Notes under the pieces: generated by a model
The model's database searches: none
What the model was told of the DNA's origin: nothing
Seen by the model: the letters and a program-made list of their open reading frames with translations, nothing else
Origin: Nemertoderma westbladi
Taxonomy: Eukaryota > Animalia > Xenacoelomorpha
Direction: 5' to 3'
NCBI GenBank assembly: GCA_032718475.1
Contig: JAUCBJ010007098.1
Location: 21,633-85,632, forward strand
DNA: 64,000 bases
Made by a program: the position numbers and the translations under genes
Shown here: positions 11,801-25,100 of the stretch, in pieces
How the letters are laid out: each line of letters begins with the position of its first letter
How positions within the stretch are numbered: position 1 is the first letter of the stretch

Positions 11801-14481
11801 CAAATTCGTTGTATAAACCCGGACGAGGTACTTTACTAGTATAAGAATGTTCCGTTTGATTTTCTCTCGGCTTTCGGATTTCTACGCCTACTCATCCTAA
11901 ACGACCAGGTTAAGCACACACTGCGCCATATCACATTTTACATAATTTAACATTTCTTCCCCGTACTCTGTTAAAATAGCGCGTTGTGGTTTTTCAACTA
12001 ATATATCACTTCCTATTATTATTTGAGTATTATAATATAGTTACTTTATTTAAATTATAAGGATACTATATCATATTGTATTAATTTATTTACTGTATTA
12101 TTAAATATATACCGTACAGAAGTTATTTTCTAAATGTTATTGACACTGTAATAAATAGTTTTAAACACACATAACCACTATTGGCTCACTATTATTTTGT
12201 GTCACTGGTAGTAGCCCATCTACCGATAATATGAAGGAGACGGTACAACCCCCAACTTACATTTTAGATTATAAATTACTGTTGGTTCAAAGGAGGCCCC
12301 ATTTTGTAAACTGTTATATTGTTTATGTTAGCATAGCACGTGCTTGTCCCACTGCCAATTCCAAATGCAAGCGAAACCTCAAATGATATCCGTGCTATTA
12401 TTTGAGGCTGATTAAATGAACTGATGCTATCCATATCACCTCCTGAGTGGCATTCAATGCAATCATTAGCTTAATGAATTAATCATTCAGCTACCGCGAT
12501 CATGCTCCTGTTCAAGAATTTAATTAAGTCCTACAACATCAGTTGAAATCAACCCACCTAAATTCCATTCAAATTATCATTGTATTTCATGTATGATTTC
12601 CACTTGATGAGTTCTTCTCAAACTCATCATATTACCACAATAATTGTTATGAATTCAACGTAATCTTATGAACCATTGTTATCCACTTCATTTGAAAGCT
12701 ATTGTGTAAAGTGGTAGATTACACCATGGCAGGAATACGTAGCTATAGTTCAGTAGTCGTATTATTATTATTATAGCGAAGCAATAAATATAGGCATGTA
12801 GAGAACCTACTCGTAGCTAATCCGTAGTACATTGGCTGCAGTAACTCGGCGAATATTTTCGAACATCAAGCGACCTTCATACCATACCAATCTTACTATT
12901 CCTTAGTAGGAGGGGATGGAGGCAAGGCGACACTGATATTTCTTCTCCAATAAAGTTTTATCGGGAGATGAACTCAACTCAGATGTTTGTAATTTATTTT
13001 TATATCCGTCAACGAACCTATCACCGAAAACAATTTTTTAAATTTATCGAAGATCACAGTATTGATAGGATATATGAAATAACCAAGAGACTGCTAGTTA
13101 GTAGCGTCGACAGTTGTAGTTTGTTATGCATAATTGCACCCGTACGTGGGGCCTTCGCGCAGCACGAAGTAAGCAAAGCATTTAGCATATGGGCACCATT
13201 AACGAGTTGTCTGCCGTTAGTCAGAAGTGTTCAACACAATACTCGTCCACCTCTTGTGCCTCGTTGCGTTCGTTCGTTTTTGACCAAACTTCAGATTCTT
13301 TCTAAACTTTTGACGGACTGCATACGTACTAAGTTTCGTTTAATTTCATCGAGGAATAACCGAGTTATTAGCGATCAAACATTTACGACGACGACGACGA
13401 CAGACAACTCGCCAATGGCACCCATATGCTAAGGCTTCGCTCACATCGTGGCTCGCCCCACAAGCTTAATATTAGAGGCATGTTGAAAATCATGTATCAT
13501 TTGTAAAATTAGAAATCACATATTAAGTCGCTCCTTTTACCCGCGTCTCTAAAATGTATAAGCTTTCCTTCTAATTTTCATTAAACTGGTTATTTGAACA
13601 ACGCGTTGCGCACCCAGCCGCCTTATTGGCAACTTGTGATTGTCATTGCAAAAACCCAGCTCTACCCTGCAGCCCAGCAGCTTGCAGTTTTATGCTAGTC
13701 GGTCACTGCTAAAGCTTGGAGAAGCTACCTGTTCAACTCTAACCTTGTACTTCGACAATGTTCTCCATTGTGGCCAATCATTCACTTCCCTTCGCCGGTT
13801 GGCGGTTGCCGAATGATACTGGGCTTAGACTATCACCAAACTTTCCGTATAGTTTATGGCTGATTTGGGACGCTTTGTTTCTGGGCCTGTCCGCAGTGCA
13901 ACATATATTCAAGTCATAGTAGTCTTACCGGGAATGGAAATAATTAACCGAGAGGTGATTATTGAGGGAAATATTCGACGTACAAACAAACCAGTTGGAA
14001 GAATCGATTGCGATTCGATTTAGTTATCGCAGACTCGGCTACTGATTAGTTTCACGCCCGCCATCGCATGGCACACTCTCGTTGGAAGGGTAGAAGGGCC
14101 AACATTCTACCCCTACCTATTAATAGCTCTTATGGAGCAGTTTACAGCTTACAACAACAACAAAGTTTATAGCATCATTACCGTTTCGGGACTGGCACAA
14201 AATAAGTCAGGATTGAAAGTTGTACAGTTTGTTTATGTCTAGTCTAGTCTTTACCACACTCACTTGGTATAGGTGCTGCCTATATTCCAGAGCGACAAGC
14301 CTAACATGACCGAGTAGCCGAGTATGACCGCTCTAAGTATAAATTTGACCACTTCAACTTCAACTAAATCAACTTAAGTCGACGTATTATGCAAACTAGT
14401 TAACCAGCAGAGTCAAGTAAATGTTTCAAGCTTCGAAAAAATACCTTACTCAATTTTGGGGGTGCATTTAATTTTTCGCCC

Positions 14482-14589
14482 CCATTCCATTCCATTCCAT
14501 TCCATTCCATTCCATTCCATTCCATTCCATTCCATTCCATTCCATTCCATTCCATTCCATTCCATACCATTCCATTCCATTCCATTCCA
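14482..14589. repeat. (TTCCA)n pentanucleotide microsatellite, ~21 copies
   Basis: Read directly; one TACCA variant. Confidence 0.98.
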
Positions 14590-15099
14590 ATTAATATAAT
14601 AATTAATCAGTAGTTAAGTAATAAATTCCATACATATATTATTTACATTATCCATATCTTTCTTAATATCTCCCACCCTACGACATTTTAGCTGCACTGC
14701 ACTTATTATTTACAAAGTTCCATATTCCTGGTATAGAACTACCTACCTACCCGTTGGTTGATTGGAAGATTTACAAGGAATTCCTATTTATCTTGCTAAA
14801 GGCTGATCTGAATGAGGGAATAAGGAATAAATAATGGCATCCTACCAGTAGCTGATACCTCCAACCTCATAGTGCGCTAGTGCAGTAGGACTAGCTTTCA
14901 GCAATGCCAGCTGGTGGTTGTAGTTTCAGAATTCTAGCGGTGAATAATGTAATAACTTATCTGTTTAAATAAAAAATAATTTTCGTAACTAATTTAAGCT
15001 GTGTTTCATTTAATAACTTAAAATTAGATTATTTAATTTTTGTTATTTTTATTGTGACACGCACGCCTGAAGTTAGCTGTGAATTTATTCCCTTGGCAG

Positions 15100-15300
15100 A
15101 ACTTTATATCGTGTGGCATCCGAGCGCGCGCCCTTTAGTTGGGAGAGAAATCATCAGAGAGCGTTGCTGGCAGGCTGAGAGGCAGAGAGAGAGACTGGAG
15201 TGCTGGGGGAACGCCTAGCTAGCTTGGGAGTGCAGCAGAGCAGCTATCAGCCGCGGTACTGTAATGCCAAGGCGCTTCGCGAAACTGATAGAAAGTAAAG
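15100..15300 (+). promoter_or_regulatory. Candidate promoter / first non-coding exon of BAZ2B
   Basis: GC/CpG-rich islet (GAGCGCGCG, CCGCGG, TTCGCGAA) with a GA-rich tract in AT-rich DNA upstream of the CDS; donor-like TAG|GTAATA at 15696. Inference only. Confidence 0.3.
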
Positions 15301-17742
15301 TTCGTTTTCCGAGCTTTGGGAAGTTTAGTTTAAGTTTAAATCTTGAGTTGTCTCACTGGAAAATGTTTGGTAATTCGATAAACGTATTTATCATAGGAAT
15401 ATTATAAGAATGCGAATTAAAGTTTGATTAGTTCATATTTTTAGCGCAAATAATGTCGTATAAATTGAACATTATTTACGCTAATGCATTGTGACTCAGT
15501 GAAATAATATGATATAAATTACACCGCACCATGTTCACTTTTGCTACACATTAACTGGAGGGATTTCATGTGAAAATAAACTGATTATAAACCGTTTTAT
15601 GTGCCAACAAACGTGATATTGTTGGGCGTACTGGGGGTGGATTGTGTGGGAAATTATTCATGATATTGGCACTAATTTCAAGACGATTAAAATAGGTAAT
15701 ATGTTAATTAAATTACCATTATAATTGAGGTAATACAATAATGAGTTCCCTAACCAAGAATAGGCAGCTAAGCTAAATGGCGTTGCGAAGCTACAATTGA
15801 TTTATCAATGCTCATTAGTTTGTTGCCGTTTTATTGATGGCTAAATAATAACCAGATTACAATAAACGTTAAGGGAATTCATAGCTTTGTGTTTATCTGT
15901 GTGTGTAGAGGCAAACCGGTAACAATCAAACCAATATGATTGCGCGGGGATATGGACATCAGAGGCAGAGAGATACATTGGGTGAGAAAGGCAAAGCGTG
16001 CTTGTTGAATATTCCTATGCCCACTCCTTCATGTGAGTGAAACTATCTTCAATTCTCAGTCTAAAGCAATGGGGTTCGTTCTATTACTATGGCCGTGCGT
16101 AATCGGCTGTTATGATGCTGCAGTGACAGTGTACTGTATTACTGTGGGTTATTGGTAAGCCAATCTCAACTCGAATGACAGTGAGAGAGCGAGCCGGCAG
16201 TGAATGCTGGTGTATGGCAGCATGGCCCCTATCAATACTAGAGCAAGCTCAGATAGTTGAGTAGTAGGAACTGTGGCATTACAATCAGGGGGCTGTACTG
16301 TGTCACTGTGAGTAAGATTATTGTTGCACGGTTAACGTGTGCTGTGTATGAGAGAACCGAGAGCCTTCCTGCAATATAATTAGAAGTTGCTCTGGCTAAT
16401 ACACACACTCTCACATACAGTTACAGTCCGCTGATAGATAGATAGATAGATATTGGGAACATTTTATAATTCGCAGTGGCTGGCTGGCTGGCTGCAGCTT
16501 AGCCGATCTCACTAACAAACACTAATGTACCATATCCCTTCCCTTATGCTAACACAACATATTATACACACATTTAGAGGGAGAGCCACCCCCAACATAT
16601 ATAATAATACTTTATAGGTTACCCTTATATATCAACCAATTGGTTGAATGTTATATGCTGTCATGGCCATAGGAAGGCACAATGTATAATATGTACAGTA
16701 TATTAACTATGTGATTCCCACTACTTCTACATAAATTACTCCCTAATACAATATATGCTAGCATTGTATTACTATTAGTATTACAGTTATATCTATCTAT
16801 CTGTGTTTGTACGTAAGTGGTTCAACAATTCTCAATATCCTATGAACTCAGATTCCTCTTTTATATTATATGCCTTATTGATTAGTCTGGCTAGATATGT
16901 CGGTAATAATAATTCTATGTACCAAACCGATACAACTCTCTCTAATATAAATTGTTTGAGCTATATTGCTCATGTAGTTAATGGCCCACACCATTCGTTT
17001 TATAGTGTACTTACTGTAGTATAGCGTTTATTTATATTCATTATTATTATTTGATGTAATCAACTACTGTATATTCAATGCCTTCTTATTCATTCATTCT
17101 TATAGTTAAGAATTGGAATGTGAATCTTATGTCACAAAACTATATCCGGTAAGTTGTGATTAAGTAAGACGGCTCTTATGATGTTCATGTGTCTATTTAA
17201 TATAAATAATATTTGTTTCTGTCTGAGATAAATTATTGTATGTATTATATTATATTGTATTTATTTTATTGTTTTATTTAACTTTTCATTTTTCCTTATG
17301 CTTTTGCCATTGTGCCGATGCCGTAACTGTAGATACTTTGAAACATAATCTTACACTTTGTTTCAGTTTAACTGTATCTTTAGCTCTTTACTTTTCCAAC
17401 AGCTGACTAATGAATGATTACATATTGGTATTTTGTTGTATAGCTTACGTTATATAAGCAACATATGTTTTAAATTGGGTATTTCTGCTATCACAGAGAT
17501 GTATTATTACAATTACAATATTGTACGAGTACACTACTTATTATTATAATAGTATTCTTCATGCATATTGTAATTGTTACTTAATGGTAATAATACTTAG
17601 CATTAACATCATAAATCTAATGAGAAAAGTATTATCCTTGTATATTATCGTTGGTTTAATCATATGGTGACTATATGGCAATGGCATATATTATATATCT
17701 TATATCTGGCAATTTTAATATCGCTTCTTATAAATTTATTGA

Positions 17743-17991
17743 CAAAGAGAGGGTAAATTTATACGCAAATTCTACCTCTTCGAATTAACAATGTTTTTCG
17801 CCGATTTACCCCTCTGGAGAGGATTTCATTTTCTTGTGTGATCAATGATTTATTATTATTATATATTGCTAGTTTAGGGTATTGTTTAAAGTAGATATGG
17901 CGATATTAATTTTAATTAATATTGAATTTAACATTGAGGCGGGATATTAATTCGCCGACATGAGAATTCCGTCAAATTTGCCTCCTTTCTC
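17743..17991 (+). mobile_element. Degenerate family C MITE copy
   Basis: Shares GAATTTAACATTGAGGCGGGATATTAATTCGCC exactly with 35390-35422; decayed terminal inverted repeats. Confidence 0.7.
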
Positions 17992-18486
17992 CTAATTCAG
18001 TCATTGATTTTTCTCTCTTTTTTTCTCGAAGATTGTTAGCACTTTATTAATTGTGTCATTACTTCTCGTTCTCTAGCGAGGTGCTTGGCTTGTTTGTACT
18101 TATGCAACGTGTTGTTCTAATAACTGTGGATTAATACAACAGTTTGCGAGTTTGGTGCACAGTTACTAACTTTTGCCGTTTACTTAAATGATGAGATGTT
18201 TTGATGTGACGCTTGTATGTCTCGTTCTTATAATATAGTACGATTGAGTCCTATAAAATTGCGATCTCTGCGATTCATCAGTGCGTTTAGGTTTACATTA
18301 TAAATTTGTTTATATTTTTGACTTTACTTTACATGCCGTTCTTACTATCGCCGAGTACTGTATTGTTATAATAATGATATATAAACCCCCACGTTAGCTA
18401 CAGTAAATTCCGGCTGCATGGCCTATAGTTTTGTAAGTTTAATCATATTTCGCGCAGTTTCGTGTATTTCGTGTAGTTGTGAGACC

Positions 18487-18717
18487 TAGACAGGGGGCTA
18501 TAGAAGGGGGGGGGGGGGGGGGGGGGGCTGGACTCACATCCCATCCCGGTTAATTAATATCTCGCCTCAATGTTAAATTAACAATTTGGGGAAAGGAGCA
18601 GGTTACAGTGGCAGGCTATTCTATCAAAAACAACATTCTAAACCCAAGAAGGGGATATTTGCGTCGAGGAGAGGGATCAATATTTATTTTTTTTATAGCC
18701 CCCCCCCCCCCTCTCTG
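18487..18717 (-). mobile_element. Family C MITE copy, reverse orientation
   Basis: TAGACAGGGG...CCCCTCTCTG ends. Internal TAATATCTCGCCTCAATGTTAAATT and GGAAAGGAGCAGGTTACAGTGGCA are reverse complements of segments in 35340-35420. Confidence 0.75.
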
Positions 18718-18754
18718 GTTGTGGTATATTGTGTATAATTTTACTATTTATGTA

Positions 18755-20760
18755 TATTTTACTTGAACACCAACTCAACCCATTTTACTTGAACACCAAC
18801 ATTACATACTTTACTAGAACACCAATCTGATATACCTTATTTGAACACCAATTCAACCCATTTTACTTGAACACCAACATGACATACCTTACTTGAACAC
18901 CAATCAGATATAATTTACTTGAACACCAACTCAACCCATTTTAATTGAACATCAACATTACATACTTTACTTGAACACCAACATGATATACTTTACTTGA
19001 GCACCAACTCAACCCATTTTAATTGAACACAAACATGACATACTTAACTTGAACACCAATCGGATATACTTTACTTGAAATCCAACTCAACTCATTTTAC
19101 TTGAACACCAACATGACATACTTTACTTGAACACCAACATGACATACTTTACTTGAACACCAACATGATATACTTTACTTGAGCACCAACTCAACTCAAT
19201 TTAATTAAACACAAACATGACATACTTTACTAAAACACTAATCAGATATACTTTACTTGAGCACCAACTCAACTCAATTTAATTAAACACAAACATAACA
19301 TACTTTACTAAACCACCAATCAGATATACTTTCCTTGAGCACCAACTCAACTCAATTTAATTAAACACAAACATGACATACTTTACTAAAACACTAATCA
19401 GATATACTTTACTTGAGCACCAACTCAACTCAATTTAATTAAACACAAACATGACATACTTTACTAAAACACTAATCAGATATACTTTACTTGAGCACCA
19501 ACTCAACTCAATTTAATTAAACACAAACATGACATACTTTACTAAAACACCAATCAGATATACTTTTACTTGAGCACCAACTCAACCCATTTTAATTGAA
19601 CACCAACATGACATACTTTACTAAAACACACTTTACTTAAACACCAACTCAACTCATTTTACTTGAACACCAACATGACATACTTTACTTGAACACCAAT
19701 ATGACATACTTTACTTGAACACCATCATGATATACTTTACTTGAGCACCAACTCAACTCAATTTAATTAAACACCAATCAGATATACTTTACTTGAGCAC
19801 CAACTAAACTCAATTTAATTAAACACCAACATGATATACTTTACTTGAACACCAACATGACATACTTTACTTGAACACCAACATGACATAATTTACTTGA
19901 ACACCAACATGATATACTTTCCTTGAGCATCAACTCAACTCAATTTAATTAAACACAAACATGACATACTTTACTAAAACACCAATCAGATATACTTTAC
20001 TTGAGCACCAACTCAACTCAATTTAATTAAAAACAAACATGACATACTTTACTAGAACACCAATCAAATATACCTTACTTGAGCACCAACTCAACTCAAT
20101 TTAATTAAACACAAACATGACATACTTTACTAGAACACCAATCAGATATACTTTACTTACTTGAATACCAATCTGATATATTTTACTTGACCTCGAACCT
20201 GTCTTCTTTATTCCAACACAAACAAAACTTACTTTACAGGAACATGACCTGACTTAATTAACTTGATCACAAACCAGGAATATTTTACTTGTACGCCAAT
20301 CGGACATAGTTTAATGTAACTTCAACCAGACATACTTCACTTGAACACCAACCCGACCCACATGACTTTAACACCAACCTAATATACTTTACTTGAATAC
20401 CAAGATGATATACTTTACTTGATTACCAATTGGACGCCAATGATACATACTTTACTTGAACACCAACTCAACCCATTTTACTTGAACACCAACTCAACCC
20501 ATTTTACTTGAACACCAACTCAACCCATTTTACTTGAACACCAACCTAATATACTTTACTTGAACACCAATCTGACTGCTTTATTTGAACATTAATTTGC
20601 ACACTTGACAAGAACATGAATCAGACATGCTTAAAACTAGATCACCAACCTGGCATATTTTACTTAACGCCAACCCGACATACTTACTAGAACGACAATG
20701 ATACATACTTCACTTGAATACCAACTTTATTTGAACTCCAACCTGCCATAATTTACTTGA
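18755..20760. repeat. 26-bp minisatellite with a 78-bp (3-mer) higher-order core
   Basis: Unit ~CATACTTTACTTGAACACCAACATGA. At 19180-19560 three variant units cycle regularly; the array decays after ~20170. Confidence 0.92.
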
Positions 20761-21630
20761 ATATACTATAGCTAACTTTGAAAATGTCGAACTTTGAATA
20801 TGACATATCAAAATGTCAATTTTAAAATGACATTATGACATGTCTAAATGTCAATTTGATATTCTGTATCAAATGAGAAAAAGGAAGTTTGCTCTCGAAA
20901 AAAGTAGGTTGGCCACTTTGGGCCACCGTAGGTACTGCTGTTTCAACCGTGAATAGTGGTACCCTTATGATACACTTGCTTAATGCGTTTTACGCGAGGG
21001 GAAGCGTACGTCTGCCTGTTGGCAAATATTTGAAGGCTAATAACTCAGTGAAACTTTGTTGAAATTAAACCAAACCTGGTACATTTGTGCAGAAGTTGTC
21101 TGTCAAAAGTTTGAAATAGAATTTGCGTGGGTGTCTCAGCAGTTATCCAATCTCCCTCTGGATGGCGTCTAAGCAATGGTTGACGTAGCTTTATGATAAA
21201 GCTTGCTTACTTCACAATGTTCGATAACCCCACGAACATGTAGTACTTTAAGTGATATTATATAAATTGAGTATTATGTGCTGTGTAAACCAGTAAACGT
21301 AGTGTGATCGTGACCATACCCACCAACTATACAAAAAGTTAGTTCAAAACTAAAAGTTTATTATTTCTTGTATTAAGAGTTATTCTTTATTGATATTTGT
21401 GCTACTGTACATTAAATTCTAAGGTTTTGTTTTATTCTAGAGGCGCTCTAACCATTCCTATAGCAGCTTAGGTAAAAGGTAGACCTGGAAATACTACCTG
21501 ATATCTTTTATGTACGCCATTCCTCATGGTTCTCATGCCCTCTCATCTGTCAATACTATTTATCTGCAGCCACTGTGATCATTGATCAACCACATTTTAT
21601 CTTTAAGAAACATATAGATAATTAACCTTT

Positions 21631-21943
21631 GGGGGCGTTCATAGAGTATGTCACGCAGCTTCAAACTACATTACTGTACATGTACAAGGCAGACTAGACA
21701 GGGGTGTCCTGTTAATGTTAGGGATTAAATTCAATGTTATTGAGTTTATTGTTTTTACCTTAAAGTTTCCCACTCATCTACAAATGTGTTAGTCAAAGTC
21801 AAGCTAACATTAAAGCATACCGCAGAACATCGCCGTGAGCGTCACAAAAGTCAACCCCCCCCCCCCCCCCCCCCCCCCCTGTCACAAAATGTCACGCAAG
21901 CTCGATCCCCCCCTAGTGCGTGACATACTTTATGAACGCCTCC
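21631..21943. mobile_element. MITE family B (PIF/Harbinger/Tourist-like)
   Basis: 27-bp TIRs GGGGGCGTTCATAGAGTATGTCACGCA / TGCGTGACATACTTTATGAACGCCTCC (2 mismatches), with TTT on both flanks. Superfamily inferred from the 3-bp flank and G-rich ends. Confidence 0.75.
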
Positions 21944-21980
21944 TTTATCTAACAAGCAACTCAGGTTTATTTTTCCTCAT

Positions 21981-22080
21981 GTAAGTTGTATCGATCTGTG
22001 CCAAGCTCACCATTGCATTGCGTTGCACCTTACAGCAGACTATTAATTTAGTAATAGTAACATATTTCTAATTATTGTAG
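21981..22080 (+). other. Candidate 100-nt 5'-UTR intron of BAZ2B
   Basis: Donor GTAAGT at 21981; branch-like TTCTAAT and acceptor TTGTAG|G at 22080, 102 nt before the ATG. Confidence 0.5.
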
Positions 22081-22182
22081 GTCTGGCCAACTATAAATGT
22101 TTGTTTATTGCTTCAAATATTATATTATTTGAGATGTTGTTGTATTTGTGATAAATGGCATAAGAAAACATAAATCATTATT

Positions 22183-25100
22183 ATGGAGTCGACTGATAGA
22201 AGAAGTTATCCATCTTCTTCTGATAGACATCCAACTAGTTCAACTCGTATACCCTCAGACTCATCGGCAGACTACGCAGCAACTGGGTCATTAACAGAAC
22301 GCAGTTTGTCTAGTTACAATGACCAAAATGCGGTCTACGCAGCGGCTGTAGCCGCACAACAACTATCTCTACTTCAACACTCCGCAGCTGGCGACCCCTA
22401 TGGACTTGTTGCGGCTGCAAGTCTGCAACAAGCAGCGGCCTCATCTTATCCAACCTCTTCTATGGCCGCATTAGCTGCAGCTGCAGCCTACCAACCACAT
22501 TTCGCATCCTACGCTTCCCAGCTGAACCAAGGCGCCATGTCAGATTGGTGGCGTATGTACGGCAGTCTGGGTGGTGGTGGCTACTTGAGTGGCGCACCTC
22601 TCATTGGCACATATGGTGACTCACCTATCATTACTTCCCACCATCACCACAGTATAAGTACTGGTGCAGCCACCACCACCAACCGATGTAACTCGTCCAC
22701 CAAATCTCCAGGAGCTGCATCAGACAGTGGTGCCAGTTCTATTGATACAAGTTTGAACTCAATGTGCAGCGAACCTCCAAATTGCACGAGATCGTCTTCT
22801 ATTGTTACTGCATCAACAGCCTCACCATTTAAGCATTCCACCACAGCTACACCATCCACTCTATCACTGTACCACATTCCTACGCCATCCATATCCACAG
22901 TTTCCATGGATACACCATTCCACGAATTACCCCTTTTCCAGACCACTCCTAATAAAGATAAGAAAGAGGTTGCCACAACTCCTGACAGTGAATCAAAGCT
23001 TTTATCAAATAAACCTATTCTAGACTTGAGTAAAATATTTACTACCCCAGAAATGAATGTAGTACAGCCATCCAATGAAATTGTGCAAAAGGCTTCAGTG
23101 ATTGGTTCTTCTTACCTTGGTAGTGAGTCCACATCAGCTTATGTTGAATCATTAATCAAACAGACTTTGACAGGCAGCTCCAGCTATTTAGGTGGGGGAG
23201 GTGGCGATTTAGGTGCTGGTGAATCTGATTTCTCCACTGCAATGCTCATGGCTATGTCTCCATCTTCAACTCATGGTGCCCGGCGTAGCAGCACCACTGG
23301 TTCTACAAGCTCTAGGAGAAGGAAGGCTCGTATTGAGTGTGAAGGGAACAGCTCCCAACAAGTCAGGCGATCTGAGTCAGAGGTGAGTGATGATATTGAA
23401 GGCTGCAGCACTGATGCCTCTACAACTGATGATAATGAACACCGTCAATTGGTGCAGACACGTAAATCCCAGTCAAAGCGGCAGCATCCTCGCAGTGCAT
23501 TTACATCAACCTCACCAAGGGAATACTCTAGAATTGCAATGCCATCCCCTAGGTTACCAGCTCCACGAGCATCATTTAAATCGCCTTCGAATGGAATGAG
23601 TGCAGCTTCAACATCAGGCAACCTCCATTTGGATCAATTATTCTCAGAGGATTTCTCTGCCAAAGCACTCCTCAACTCATTGGCCCAACGTACTTTACAG
23701 TCTGATAATCAAAAGGTAATTTCATCTATTTCTATAGAGAAGGAATGTCATGAAGATTCTGACACACCTCTTGATTTCTCAAATAAGAAGATTACTAGTG
23801 AGAAAAAACTAAATGAGGTCAGTTGCAAAACGTTTGTGAAAGCAAACAATATGGAAATCCCCCGTGATTTGAGTTGCAGTACTTCTAAAGGTGTATCCAA
23901 CCCACTGTGTCCTTCTACCAAGTCTGCAACTGAACCAATGGAATTTAACCCATCTGCTATCTATATGCAACAGCAGAAACGCACCCCTAAAGATGTGGAG
24001 GCGTTGATGGCCCCATTAAAGCATGGTTGGCGACGACAGACAACTGTGCGTTGCTTTAGTCGTGGTGGTATTCGTGGTGACACAGTTTACTTTGCACCCT
24101 GTGGGAAAAAGCTTCGCAATTGTGCCGAAGTGTTCCGTTATTTGGATAGACACAATGTTTCATATGCAACCCGACAAAGCTTTAGTTTTAGTGCAAAACT
24201 TATTATTGGAGAGCATATTGAAGCAAAGCATGGATGTACTGCAGATGCAGCACCAGGGACAGTTGAATATCGGAAAATTCCATATGAAGAACTTATATCT
24301 CGATTGAATAAAGTTCAAAAGTCCCGAAGGACTTTAAAAATGTTACTAAATAAAGAGCAGGGTTCAACCTCGGGTTTAATTGGGTTTGGAGAACCTTCTA
24401 AAGGTACACCATCTATACCTCGACCTGGTAATAGTATAAATTTACCATCAACTAATGTGAATAATGTGCTTAAACAACATGCCATTACAACAAATAGTTT
24501 TCAGTCACAGTCATTTAATACCACATCTACTGTTGATCATGCTGCATTGTATAAGAAATTATCTGAAGAGAAAGAAAGGCGTCGGTTGGATAGGCAGAGA
24601 ACACTGGTTATAGCTAGAGAAGCACGAGCTAAAAAAGTTCTAGAACGTCAGAAAGAAAGAGAGCGAGTGGCAAACAGGATTGTTCAAGACCGAAAACGGA
24701 AATATGAAGAAATTGCCAAAGCCAAGTATGAGGACTACATCTCAAAACACAAAGAAAGGGAAGCTAAGCGTGAGCAGGCTAGCTTGATTAAAAACCAAGA
24801 GCGTGATCGCAAACAGCATTATACATTGTTGGTTCGAGCAATGGAAGGAAAACGACATGTTGAAGACAGAGAACTTTGCAGAAAAGAACGGATTAAGGAA
24901 CAGCAAAGGGAACGGGAGCGACGTATTGCAGAAAAGCATCAAGAAGCCATCCGAGCTTTGGAGAGATTGCCCCGAGAGGACATGTGTGTGAAGGATGCGA
25001 AGGACCTTCCAGATATTCCTCGAGTTACAGGCAATCAGTTAAGTGGACCAGCATATGCCGATCTACTCATGACAGTTGAGTTTATACAGACTTTTCATAT

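Noticed and set aside
12968-13432. 154-aa ORF
   Set aside because: No recognisable motif or coding-like composition; probably a chance ORF in a CpG-richer patch
14400-14585. MEWNG-repeat ORF / human satellite III similarity
   Set aside because: Translation of a short (GGAAT)n microsatellite; such repeats arise independently
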